From NCBI GenBank assembly GCA_047495785.1, contig JBLDXI010000001.1, forward strand, positions 4,278,001 to 4,342,000: DNA of 64,000 nt. Direction: 5' to 3'. The notes under the pieces were generated by a model, which was not told where the DNA came from, did not search any database, and was given only the letters and a program-made list of their open reading frames with translations. The translations under genes were made by a program, and so were the position numbers. The DNA is from Lepidodermella squamata (taxonomy: Eukaryota; Animalia; Gastrotricha). This document shows positions 12,001 through 23,818 of this stretch, piece after piece (within the stretch, counting starts at the first letter, position 1; each line of letters opens with the position of its first letter).

Positions 12001-15000
12001 ATTTTCGTAAATTGACTCCGGTACATTTATTGAATTTGAGTAAATAAGCTGTGTGGTTGAATTCGGCTTCAATTCAATTAATTTGGTCCGAATCCTTCAA
12101 ATGCAGCATAGAAATGGAACTGGATTCTATGTTGGCCATTTGATGACTCTTCGGAACTAGGTCCCGAAAACAGACCTAGATTTGAACCGCAGAATCTAGT
12201 TTTCCCTCAATTTCTCGATTAGGTATAGGCAGAGGGGAATGTAAAATAATAATCTGCCGCTACACAAAAGTTGTGGGGTCCGAATAGACTGAAAAAATTA
12301 GGCTAGGCTTGAACTTAGCGATAATTCAGTCACTCATCACTTCGGCGTATTCACACATATTCGCAGCTGATATTCAACATTATCTCAAAACACGCAAGAA
12401 ACTACGTCATTCCACGGCAGTTGTTCAAAGCCAAGCGGAAATACGCGCGTCATATACAGGCTAAATAGCACGGGTGAAGCGCTATTTCTCACTGCACTCC
12501 GTGAGTTCAATCAATTTGGAATAATTTCTCTTTTTGTCATGGTAAATCAAGCAATCATCCTGGGTTTCGTCGCTGTGCTGCTGGCTAGCGTAGCTGCGCA
12601 AGTTCCACAAGGCTACCAACAAATTGAGAATGGTTGTAAAGACTCGGGCTGGAGGTTTCTCACCGGAAAAAATGTTAAAGCGTGCAACTCGATGTGCACC
12701 AAACGACCAAATTGCCGTGGATTCTTAATGCAACGTAACGAGTGTGTTCTCTTCAAAAATTGCGATCTTACCGCCAAAGACAAGAGAGAAGGCGTTTTCA
12801 TAAAGCCGCGCTACTAAGTTCGAGTGGCGAGCGAGGCGGTATCTACTGCACTGGTTGAGATATAATCACTATTCAAGTGAGAAATTAGCTAAAATTGGCA
12901 CCTGAAGCAGTTGAGGCGTCCATTTAATTCAGTGGTTGAGGCATTATATCATTTTTCTTATATTCATAATATCAACTGAGTGACTTTGGTAAAGGTTCGC
13001 ATTTATAAGCAGTAATAAATCGCGTATACAAGAAAATAGTACCGTATTGCCGCGCTTCCTACGACACGTCGATTTAATTTTCCGGCGAGGATTTTTCCTT
13101 CGCCAGTGAATGAGTGAAGCTAGCTCATATCGACAACCCAACACGCTGCCACCAGGGGGCACGCGACGGCCAATAATAAAAATTTAACACCGATAGATTT
13201 ACAAACATTGACATTTTGAAAAATCCTCCAATACCTATGTCCAAAATCCAATTTTTCAACCCTGAGGAATTTAGAACATTAACTTAGATATTCTGAATCA
13301 GCGGGAAAGTTAGGGCGGATTATCTTGCAAAATGGGGGAGAAACAGGGCAACGAAAATATCAATTCTCATGTGAATTCATTACGGGAATCAGCGATCTCT
13401 CGCAATTAGCGATGTGAGCGCGCCTTAAACGTAGAAGTAGTTTTTTGTAAGGCTTATTATTACTTTTAAGAATCAGTTATCAAATACTTATTTATGAATA
13501 TTCATATTTTCGGAATCAACTCCGGTTGAGTTTGAAGTTTTATATTTAGCTTCGGCTTCAGTTTAATTTCTTTCCGAAAAATATCTGAACCTTCAAATCA
13601 CGTTAAATAACGGAACATAGCTAACGCATACGAATTTGGCCCTGAAAACAGCAACAATCGGGTTTCCCTAAAAGAAGCATTGCTTTTCACCCATCTTTCA
13701 AGAGCCCACTAAACTATGCTAGATATCACCAATAAAAGTGTAGCCGCCCTTTATTTCAAGAAATTTTACTTCGTTTTCTTCTATCTCTACTTGAAAATTT
13801 GCGCAGCTGGTGGTTAGTATCATGTCAAATGAAAACGTAAACACGCAAGAAAAAACGACATTCAACGGCAGTTGTTCAATTCCGAGCAGAAATTCGCGCG
13901 TTCTACATTGCCTATTACTACAAGTGAAGCGCTCATTTCTCAGTGCACTCAGAGTTTTCATATAATTCAAGAAATTCCGAATTTTCTGTCATGGCAAATC
14001 AAGCAGTCGTCCTGGGTTTGGTCGTTATGCTGCTGGCTAGCGTAGCCGCGCAAGTTCCGAAAGGCTACCAACAAATTGAAAACGGGTGTAAAGGAGTGGT
14101 CGGAAAGCCTCGAGCCGGATCCGTTGACGCCTGCAACGCGCAATGCACCGCACGAAAATTCTGCCGTGGATTCTCATGGGAGAGTAACGAGTGCAGCATC
14201 TTCTCAAAGTGCGATCTTACCGCAAATGACAAGACAAAAGGCGTCTACCTGAAGCCACGTTTCTAAATTGGAGTGGCGAGCGGGGTGCTATTTAATTCAC
14301 TGGTTGAGGCATCGTCACTATTCAATTCTAATTCATCGGTGGAGGGTGGAGGCATTAGATTAATTAGCTTAGACTCATAATATCAATTGAATGTTTTCGG
14401 TGAAGGTTAGAAGTATAGTATAAAATTATATATAGTAAAGTATATCGCTGTTAACATTTTACGGCACATGTTTTCACTGAATATTTTATTGGGGCCAAAA
14501 AGATTTACTCAATCCGATGCGAATCATGGTCAATTTGAAGAAAAACTCGCGATTTCGGACGCGGAAGTTAGACATGAATTGGCTTCCGCTGAAGCACTGT
14601 TTTTCGAGAAATAAAATTTCATGACTTTCAAGGGCCCACTAAGTTAAGATAGATTTCCTAAATTATTTCAAAGCAAAAATGTATTCATTCTTACTTCCTG
14701 CAATTTAGCTTTGTTTGACGTCATTTCTATTTGAATTTTGTTCAGCTGATGGTTGGTATCATGCCAATTGCCGAAAGCAAACACACAAGACGAAACGTCA
14801 TTCAACTGCAGTAATTTTCATTGATCCTCACTGCGATATTCGATTTTTCAGAAAAATTATCGAAATAATCGCAAAATCACTGGCTTTTCCAATTGGGTGA
14901 CGGTAAATTTGTATGAAGAAAATCACGGATTGTTAGTACTTGATCACGAAAGGGCGAAACGATTCTAAAAATAAGGCTCCACGAAAGTCAGACCTAAAAG

Positions 15001-17153
15001 CTATCAAATTTTCTGAAAATTAAGTTTCAATTTCAGGTTCACGCCTCTCGGTTCAATTTTTCAGCAATCACGTAGCTTTACAAAAAACTACCGTAGTAAT
15101 TCGCACTTCATTTTTTGAATTTCATAAGTTTTCACCCTAATCTCGCATATAATGAAGACGCGATATTTAGCCCAAAGCGGCTAATTACCTACGTAAAAAT
15201 AGAGCTAATGGGCTGCAATGTAAAGTCTTACCCATCGAGCTCTCTCGTGCCACTCGCCGTCTTGTAGCTCCTCGAGTTCGCAAAACAGAGCGTGCGAATC
15301 TTCATCACTGCCTAATAACAGCTCTCTCAGTCGATCGGCAGCTGCAGGGTCTAAAATTAAAAAACAAACGGATTAATTCAATTTATTTAATCCAGAAAAT
15401 TCTTCTAAAACACAACCAAAGCATATGATTTTGTTAAAACTGAAAATTCACAATTTAGATGCAAATAATAACTAGTCTTCGAAATATTTCTGACAAAAAA
15501 AATGTTGCAGCTACAATAAATGAAACGCATGCGCTAATATAAGAAGTAAAACTGATTAGACTATCAAAATCATGCTTCACAAAAAATGTCTACGATTCCT
15601 AACGACTGGAAAAAATGACTTGAGGGCGCGTGTGGCAAACCTGGGTTCAGGCCCGTTTCAGGATCGCCGCTGTGTCGACGCGCTATACATGCATAAAGTT
15701 TTGATTCAAAAAGGCTGGACAACTCAAATTCGTAACCACATTTCTACCCACTGACCAAAAATTAAAAAAATCGAGGCCGGTGATTTTATTGAAAATTAAT
15801 CGAAATTTAAAAGTAAATTTACATGTATAATAAAAACAGAAAATTGTATAGAGGTGAAATCGATAACTCTCTAGCCACGAATATTTTTATGAATAAACAA
15901 TAAGCCCACTTACATATAGCTTCCGCATTTCGGTTCAACGTCAAAGTTCGTTCTGAAATATAAAAAATTGAGATTATGCATAAAACTAAGAATCAATACT
16001 CCGAAAAAAGACATAAAAAACCATTATTTATTCTACAAATAACCGTCCTAAATAAGGCCCTAGGGTAAAAATTACTTAAGAAAATAGTCGATTCATGTAT
16101 AAATAATTGAATGAACAAATTCTGAACCGGAGGATTGCCCCAAATTCTAAAAAAAATAATGTAATTTGCCAGTCAATTTTACGCCATTTCTGGGCCATTT
16201 CAATTTCGAATTTAAAAGGAGCAGAAAATTCAATTTCAATAGCTTAGAATTTAAAAAAATTATCATTAAATATCTCAGGAAAGACAGCAATCGAGTTTGT
16301 TTTGTCCAGATCTAAATTCCGGAAAATATGCGTATTTCTTAGAGCTTGATAATAATAGCTAGATCTAAACTACCGAGTAAACTCAAGAAAATATCGTGCT
16401 GAAAAAATGATTTTCAAGATTAAACTAGCTACACATTTAACGATATAGGAAATAAAAACAAAAAAATCACCTGAATCCGAAGTGTCTGATCCGTCGATAA
16501 CGCGACTTTGCCGCCTCCTTCGCTTGCTGTGATGCTTCGGGACGTTGACCCCGACGAGGACCGTTTTATCGCCGGTGCGGTGACCTGTCGGCGAATCAAA
16601 ACCACGTTGTTTAAAACCGTCTGGCGGCGACAATTCGCCCATTAGCTCGTCATTTTCGTCGCCGGCCGTGAACGAAACTCGCGAGTTCTGATCACCGGCC
16701 TCTTCTTCCTCGGCTTTAAAATAAACCACAAGCGTATCGTGGCTCATTTTACGCGACTAACTCAGCGCCAGAAAAGATTTCATAGAGAAAGAATGGACGT
16801 AAACCAATTTTTACGATTTGTATTACGAAAAGAATCAGTGCATATGTATGAAGAAAAAATCAAATCAAGACTGCTATGCGAGGGGGAAAAATCAATCGAA
16901 AAACTACATTTCCGCTGTATTGCACGCAAAAAATACTATACTACGTAGCTTTTAATATCGCGTAATTATACGGCGCCGTGATTTTTTAATCCCTTTCCTC
17001 ATACTTACTTTCAATGTCGGTGTGAGCCTCTGCAGATGCTGATCTCGTCGCGTAGAACTGCTTGTAGTCGACCAACGCCTCGATATCCTTGTTACTTGAT
17101 GATGGCGAAGAGTGCTCGAGGGGCTCATCAGCATCCCCAATAACGAAAGCCAT
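1..17153 (-). CDS. SLC4: SLC4 Na+-coupled bicarbonate transporter, copy 1 (intron-expanded, 3' end beyond window)
   Basis: Exons 17153-17009, 16713(or 16584)-16471, 15350-15232, 11877-11547, 10322-10174, 9541-8474, 3512-2805, 1809-1312, 849-724, 144-<1 join in frame at GT-AG sites. Motifs: RWVRFEEDVEEGGGRWSKP, LPPGEWDP, GQPLTIIGSTGP, TRFTEE, MDQQIT, GYHLD, REQR, KYQPD, C-terminal VNITTEM. Symbol is family-level only. Confidence 0.95.
2438..2760. mobile_element. Foldback/MITE-like long imperfect palindrome in a copy-1 intron
   Basis: Left arm (aatttgggtacttttgccaacagaatggaattctctcc) is mirrored by the right arm (ggagagaatccgttttgttggcaaacgtacctaaatt). Pairing extends over about 150 bp per arm. 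Confidence 0.6.
4363..4641 (+). CDS. Small secreted PAN/Apple-like 6-Cys protein A (nested, antisense to host)
   Basis: 92-aa intronless ORF; signal peptide MATTGNIAIFLVFAVVLASAAA; pattern C..CxxxC-x4-CxGF-x6-CxLYxxC; TATA-like tattaaata near 4286; AATAAA near 4736; four paralogs nearby. Confidence 0.85.
   Translation: MATTGNIAIFLVFAVVLASAAAQIPKGYQRAPGGCDGFMGTSTAKNIDACNTLCKQKGCRGFLFSGSSCSLYSMCSSYILNKRQLPFLRKSS
5338..5820. mobile_element. Non-autonomous TIR element (PIF/Harbinger-like MITE)
   Basis: Perfect 17-bp TIR GGGTCTATTTCACCGCC / GGCGGTGAAATAGACCC. Left flank TTA, right flank AAA (imperfect 3-bp TSD). Confidence 0.55.
6565..6843 (-). CDS. Small secreted PAN/Apple-like 6-Cys protein B (nested)
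   Basis: 92-aa ORF with the same signal peptide and Cys spacing as A; homologous promoter and 3' UTR. Confidence 0.85.
   Translation of the reverse strand: MATTGNIAIFLAFAVMLASTLATEIPKGYERVGGCEGLLGISASTTLDACNTLCSKKSCQGFRFSAVFCSLYSKCGMDIRNWRGTDFLRKSN
6844..7465. promoter_or_regulatory. Divergent promoter region of PAN genes B and C
   Basis: Mirror-image ACGTCATTTCACGGCAGATGTTCAAATCA modules (about 6967-6995 minus, 7323-7351 plus) and a perfect 22-bp inverted repeat at 7070-7091 / 7226-7247. Confidence 0.7.
7466..7741 (+). CDS. Small secreted PAN/Apple-like 6-Cys protein C (nested)
   Basis: 91-aa ORF; signal peptide MATTGNIAIFLAFAVVLATVEA; six Cys conserved; 3' UTR homologous to A, with AATAAA near 7852. 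Confidence 0.85.
   Translation: MATTGNIAIFLAFAVVLATVEAQLVKRVDEVQGGCEGVQTFPGKTLRTCVNLCDQKRCQAFRLKAGACSLYSRCSKFIPNKSGEPFFRAIF
12539..12817 (+). CDS. Small secreted PAN/Apple-like 6-Cys protein D (nested, second subfamily)
   Basis: 92-aa ORF; signal peptide MVNQAIILGFVAVLLASVAA; QVPQGYQ..GC..CxxxC..CRGF..CxLFxxC. Confidence 0.85.
   Translation: MVNQAIILGFVAVLLASVAAQVPQGYQQIENGCKDSGWRFLTGKNVKACNSMCTKRPNCRGFLMQRNECVLFKNCDLTAKDKREGVFIKPRY
13991..14266 (+). CDS. Small secreted PAN/Apple-like 6-Cys protein E (nested, second subfamily)
   Basis: True start is probably ATG 13991 (MANQAVVLGL...), giving 91 aa. Close paralog of D, including flanks. Confidence 0.85.
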   Translation: MANQAVVLGLVVMLLASVAAQVPKGYQQIENGCKGVVGKPRAGSVDACNAQCTARKFCRGFSWESNECSIFSKCDLTANDKTKGVYLKPRF

Positions 17154-19023
17154 CTTATTTGTGTGTGTCTCTCAGATAAATATCGCCTTTTCGCTCTTCA
17201 ATCCACCGACCATATTTCAATAATATAAAAATATTCCTATTAAATAATTTTTCTAAATTTTTCCACGATATATCAAGGACGCTGCAAAATTTGTTCCCAG
17301 CAATATTATTGCTAAAAATAAAAAAAATAATGCGATCTATAGCTAGCATTGGCATTGATTAGCACTGGCGCATGATGAATTTTTCGTTAAGAGAATGCAC
17401 GCCGCAGTCTCAATCGATAATTTTTATCGATTCATTTTTTTTTTACAACTCTCCGTGTCATTTTTCAGAGCTCACTTGAACGGCATGGCTAAATCAATTC
17501 GATCTATAAGTACTTGAGTCCCTGTTTCATTCATCGGCGCGTGGCAAATTCGATTAGAGACAATACTTCTTCTACAACTTCTTCGGTCATCGTCTTTTAG
17601 CGATTAGCACTTCGACGTAACAAGGCAGCTTTTTATTGCTTTTCATGGCCTACTTCCTAGGAATAATAATAATAATAATAATAAATGAGAAAAATGCGCC
17701 TTCTTGTTTATAGCGCTGCCTAGATTTCGCGCATAGAAACAAACACATAGCGGAGGGCGGTAAGAAGGCATCGCAGAATATAACCTATGATTATTTGATT
17801 CCACGCGCTTACATAACCCACGCTTAGAGCTTGTACTATGCATAGCCAGAGTGCATAACTTACGGTGAAAAATAGCGCGTAACGATAACGGTGCAAAAAG
17901 AAAGATGCTGATACATATATTATAATAATAGTATCTATCATTGCAACATATGTAAAAATTGATATGCCATGATTTCAGTATTCATGAATGAGCAAAAAAT
18001 GTATCGAATTCCATAATATATTTCAACCACCAAAGATGAATTTTGAGTATATGAATTGTCGACTGAAAAGTGAAGCAATTGTTAGAACGAACGTGTTGAA
18101 AAATACTTGGGATTATGTTTGCACATATAGCTATGTTTGTTGATTGAAAATCTAAACTAGAAAATTAAGTGTTATACCACCGGTGGCTATTTAAATAGGA
18201 CCTAATATTCACAATCAAAACATAGCAGACGGAACGTTATTGATGGAGATTACTTAGCCGCAGTGAGTCCAACTGCGAGGAGAAAGATAAAAATTGTTTT
18301 AGTATTATGAAATAATCAGCTGATATCAAAAGAATTATAGATCGAATTGCCAATGCAAAATCGACTAGCAAATAAGCTTGCGTTATCATGAAAGGCAAAA
18401 GGTGCTATTTTACTGAAAAATGAACTCCTGAGTGAGTGAAAACTATTGGAAAATACGTCACATTAATCAAAATTATGATCCTGAAACTTGAAAAACCTAG
18501 GCCGTAAGTGTTGATTAAAAAAACTAGCATCGGTAACTCGAAGCTTCGGTCAATGTGAATGACGGTTCAAAATGCTTTTCAATCAAGCTCACTATGAAAA
18601 ACGCTGAGTAAAGTTACCAAGATATTTTAGGAATAGAGGAAAGGGATTAATCATTCATTCATGCAAGCCTCGTCAACGGCACTCTGCAATGAATATTTTT
18701 GTCCGCAATATTTAAACGAAAGCATCGGCTTGTGTTAATTAAAAATACAATCCAAGTTGACTAGAGATAGCACTTGAAGAACTTTAGACAGGACTACCAT
18801 AGGCCAAGAGCTGTAAGGATCAAAATAGGCGAAACGGTGCATTGGCATAAGAGTCTGCTATCTATAAAGCGGCCGGACTTATATAATGAAAAGCACCAGC
18901 GGGGTTTTCCGATCTCATCTCACATAGCCTTGCTATCGACAATCGACAAGACGCCGTGCAACAAGCAATCGACGATAGCAAAATGTCGGTGAAGGATTAG
19001 AGCAATATGTCTGCATTGCTCGC

Positions 19024-19204
19024 TAGCGTCGTTGAATAACTCTGATTTAGGCTTGTTTACATCCTTTTCATGCCGACGGGTGACAAGTTAAAAGCGGCTT
19101 TTTTGACGCGAACGAAGCGGCAAAAACGAATGACTTTTTAGTTGTCGCAAGTCACCCGGAAACTGACGTAAACAAGCCTAAATCCGAGTTATTCAACGAC
19201 GCTA
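19024..19204. mobile_element. MITE with about 37-bp TIR and TA ends (Tc1/mariner-like)
   Basis: tagcgtcgttgaataactctgatttaggcttgtttac pairs with gtaaacaagcctaaatccgagttattcaacgacgcta (1 mismatch). Confidence 0.65.
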
Positions 19205-19771
19205 ACGCTCAATTATTTGACCACGAATATGAAAATTGATTGTCCCTCCATACAGCCCGACTGCTATCCATAGCTACGACAGCGTTACGTCTTACGAAGA
19301 AGGCCCTACAGATTCCAAAATCTGGAGCGCAATGGTGGGGCCTGAAATAATTCAACGTGGAGAGTTTTAAGTTGAAAATATGCGTATATCACAATGTGCG
19401 GCACCATAAGGACCCGATAAACTCAATGGCCCCTCCGTGCGAATAACTGGAACAAAGTGACCTATGACAGTAACGTTAAGGTAGACACTTGATAAAACCT
19501 TGGTTGAGAGGGCGACAAAATTAACGATGTACGATTTTTCCAGACAGCTTTGTGGCCAGGGCTCGATGGATGACGCATTTATCATCAGGTTCAGACGATA
19601 ATAATTGAATCGGGGACCGGTAACGCAGAATCGCAACAGCTACAAGCATTACCTGTGCCATCGAAATTTCAAAGCGAGTTTGCTGGTATCTGAGATTTTG
19701 AAATACTTAACTATTATTCAATCGGTACGCGTAAACTTTAAGGAAATCTCAAACTTTACCCTGACACCGAC

Positions 19772-19795
19772 CAACCCCTAAACCTAACCCTAACC
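19772..19795. repeat. Degenerate (CCCTAA)n telomere-like tract
   Basis: caacccctaaacctaaccctaacc. Confidence 0.4.
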
Positions 19796-20445
19796 ATGGT
19801 CAATCATGCCAAAAAAATTAACATCAACACCAATAGTGCACGACTGCCCGACTAAATACGAGAGGTATCTTCCACGGCAACAAACTGGAAGTCACCGGTA
19901 GGCAAGTTTAACCGCGTCTTTGCCGCACCGGCTAAATCCCAGCCGAAAGCAGTGCACTCGCGGTAAATGTCACGTGACGTATAGGTCAATGCCACTAAAC
20001 ACAATTTCTTAGATCGATATCAATAAGAAAACAATTTTTCACTATATTTTAAATATTTATGCATTATTTAAAGCTTAAGATTAGTTGCATGACATTGAGG
20101 AATGTAGCGTTCGAAGTTTTGAAGTTTTAAGTCTGAGCGAGATATTTTCTGATCTATTAGCAAACCAGCAACAAACAACGCCAATGATAAAGCTTCCCAA
20201 AATATCACCTGGCATGAAAGTTCTGCGAAACCTAAACTCATTTTTACTTGTGGACGAACAAATTTTATGAGCAGTAAAAATAATTCTTTTAACATTGTTC
20301 TCGCCAGTTAATAAAAAACCGAGGATTGACAGCAAAGAAAAAGCATCTGCATATGGACGTGCATAATCGTATACGTTTTTACGAATTGTAGCAAACATAA
20401 CTGCTGATCATGAATTCTGACTGGTCGTTCGTTGATCCTAGGCTT

Positions 20446-23400
20446 TTAGACATTAGTATCAATTGCGATAGGAACTTTCTCTGTCTTGCTACCAGGGCCT
20501 CGTTGGCGAATGTGTCGTGCTGATTTCGCTGTCATTACTATTCCACTCTATGGAGGGAAATGGCATCCATGATCGTCAGAGATAAATTAAGCTGTAACAA
20601 ACCCCTCTCGCTTCATCTTTCTCTTTCACTGGAACTTTGAGAGGATTCGCCGGCAACAAATTGTCTAGCCATCTGAGCTCGTCTTGTGAAAATATGAATT
20701 CTAAAAGTTTGCGCATTACTACCATGACAACAAGCTGTAAAACAATCATAAAAGTACTATAATTTTTCAGAAAAACTGTGCTTACCATCAGGACGAACAA
20801 GATGGACACCATTTTAATTTCTTTTACTATCCATAGCAAAACGAAGGCAGTTAGTTGAATGAGCGTGAACATATGGACGCGCCAAGTTTTCATGTGACGA
20901 AGGTAGGGAAGGTCTGGTTGGTATTTAACTGGCATAAAGAATAGCATGATTCGCTTGTAGAGCTCTGAATTTTTCAATGCAGCCAATCCCATGTAGAGAA
21001 AGATGCCGAATAAAACTGGCATCGGGATCAAGTTAAGGACACTTTTCATTGGGATAGAGCAGCCAATGAGAACGAAGACGAAAAATCCAGTCACACGCTG
21101 CTCAATGATGCCGAGGAAACTAGGCTGCTCACCAGGTGCAGAAGTGGAAGACTGTTTTCGCAGTGAATCAACGTGAGTAATTGACTGGACGGTGGCAGCA
21201 ACGAAATAAGGCAGTCCGAACATGGCACAGAAAATGACGTGCAAGGTGAGTATAAAAAGGTCCAAATGATAGCCCTTGCCCTTTTTCAATTTATGTTCGC
21301 GCCGGTTGACAATGACCGCTGTAATTTGCTGATCCAAAAATAGGAGAATTGCCAGAAGTATAGCTGGAACAGCTGCGGCAAAGCAAGTCCAGACAGGGTT
21401 TAGGAATGGATCAGCAATCCAACGGCGACCTGCTTTAGTTGGTGCGAAATCTTCGGGTACGTGGAGCTTCTCAGTAGGAACACCGACAAGGAAGTCGAGC
21501 AGCACCATGAGGAAGATAGCGATGGAAACTCCGAAGTCGCTGATGAGTTTTCTAACAATTTGAGGGAAAAATCTAGTAGAGCGGAAGTTGGTGAGAAAAA
21601 ATGCGACCGAACATGTTCCAAGCACAAGCAAGGTTGAGAAGAAGAACACATCAGGAACTGGCTGATGCATTCCACAGCCTGGTCCGATCTCAACGCACAT
21701 CGGAGCTATTTCGCATTGATCCATATTCAAAGATCGGCAGTCAACAGAAGAAGTGTTCAAATACGTTCCATTGATCTCTAGATCAAGGTCTGATTCGTGA
21801 ATTTCAGCTGTTGCATTTCCCCAATCGCAGAAGCACGTGTAATTTCGAGCAAGAGCTTCTGGTGTCGAAATGCCTTTCATACGATAAATTCCTTGGAGAC
21901 CAACAAAAGCTTCGACGATGAATATGACTGAAATCAGGGTGGCAAAACAATCCTCCGTGAATCGAGTAATCAATTGGACCAATGAGCTTAAATCGAACAT
22001 TACAACGATAATTAAAAAGATGGCAGTCCACACTCCGACCCAGAATCGCAACGTCAAATAATCCCAATCGTTGTCAACAGAGTAGCTAAAGAGTATCTTC
22101 TCGAAAATTAAAACAGGTCCAGTTGAGCCAAGCATGGTTAGAGGTTGACCGGAAAATAAGGCATAAGTCGTACCGCAAACAGCTCCAGTTAAAATAGACT
22201 CAAAAGCTGCCATGTTGTTATGAGTCGCAACTCCTAACATGCCACCAAATGTTACAATAGGCGCCAGAGTAGCGAAGAACAGGTAAATTGTTGAGGCTAT
22301 ACATTGAGGGCTAAGAGCGTCGCGGAAATCTGACAAATAATGCGGGATTTTCCGCTTAACATCCTCGACCAAACCGCCGAAAACCCTGCCGGTTCTTTGC
22401 AAAGTTGGGTCAAGCCAGTGATCATCATTGTCTTCGTAATAGGCCGCTGCTTGCTTTTTGACAATGGCTTCCAGAGCGACTGAGGTTGATCTTTCCTTCC
22501 CAGCTGGCTTATCCTCGCCATGCTCATCGGCGTCAGGGACAGGAGCGAGCTCTGTTTTTCCAATAGCATCGGATGCACTTATTTGGCTGATACGTTTGAC
22601 AGGCTGGATGTTTTGGTTTGTATTAACTGACAGCTCACTGGACCAAGATCTCAACAGAGATTTACGACGCGCAACTTCGCTTGGAGGAATTTTCTTCGGA
22701 GGCTCGATTCTGATAATAGGATCCCATTGGCAGGGTGGAAGAGCCGTCAACCGGTCTAAAAATTTGTCATAAGCTGATAGGAGGTCAGACCTAGTCGAAC
22801 TTCGGTAGGCTAATTCTCGAAAAATGTCATCTGCAAGCAAAACTTGCATCGCTCTACCAACGTCTCGCAAATCTATAGCAACCTGGTTTGGTCCGAAGGC
22901 AACGAAAGCGAATCGCGTGGGAATGGCGACCTCTAAACATTCAGCCATTACGGTTTTGCTTGAGAGTCGAACTAAAACAGCCACTGTAGTGTGAAGATGG
23001 GGGATGCTTCCAACCATAGCGACAGATCCCTCGTAATCTGGAGCTAATTTCTTCGCGAAATGTTCGTTTGGCTTGAATTTTTTGCTACTTCCAGTCTCGG
23101 CTGTCATTTCGTTGGCTGAATTTCCTCTATGATAGGAATGAGATTCTAAATTCAGAAATTAAGCTGTAAAATATAAAGATTGCGTGCTTGGACTCACCTT
23201 TTCCCTGGATCAATTTTCCGATTGAAAATCCTCGCCTAAGCGAAGCAATGCCACGTTGATGTTGATGGATATGAGGAGCGTAAAGTGCATCGACCAGTCT
23301 CTCGCGAAAGGTTCTCTCCAAATGATGAGCTTCCATAATGCCATCGGCAGCAACTTGCACGAGCTCCACAAAGGTTTGCACTTCAGCATTGAAGTTCATG

Positions 23401-23818
23401 CCGCATTTATCTAACAGTTTTCGAAGCTCGATAAAAGCTCTCATCGGAATTGAAGCCACGTAGGGTTTCGACCATCGACCTCCGCCAGCTTCGACGTCTT
23501 CTTCGAATCTAACCCAACGAGCCGATTCATACCAAACTTCGTCATGCAGTTCTTGAAGCTCACAGAATAGGCGGCAAGTTTCTGGATTTTTAGGCGCCTC
23601 AAATTCCATGAGTTCATCAAGTCGAGCTTCTTCATCTGTCGAAGATTCATTAGAGAAAATTAATCTCGAAATGTGGAAACTTACGGATATCCACTGCATC
23701 TTCATGCTCATCATGAGGCATGTCTATAGTTGAATTATGAGTAGTGGAAAATTAATGAATAAGATTCGTGATGAGAAGATTTACCATCGTCCCGCCTTGC
23801 CGTGTCGCTGCTCATCAT
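20446..23818 (-). CDS. SLC4: SLC4 bicarbonate transporter, copy 2 (compact)
   Basis: Exons 23818-23785, 23723-23685, 23635-23198, 23124-20786, 20734-20603, 20547-20446. Core SLC4 motifs present; ends ...DTNV*. Confidence 0.93.

Noticed and set aside
20735-20785. VSTVFLKNYSTFMIVLQ insertion in the 843-aa ORF
   Set aside because: It is a 51-nt stop-free GT-AG intron at a position shared by all seven copies.
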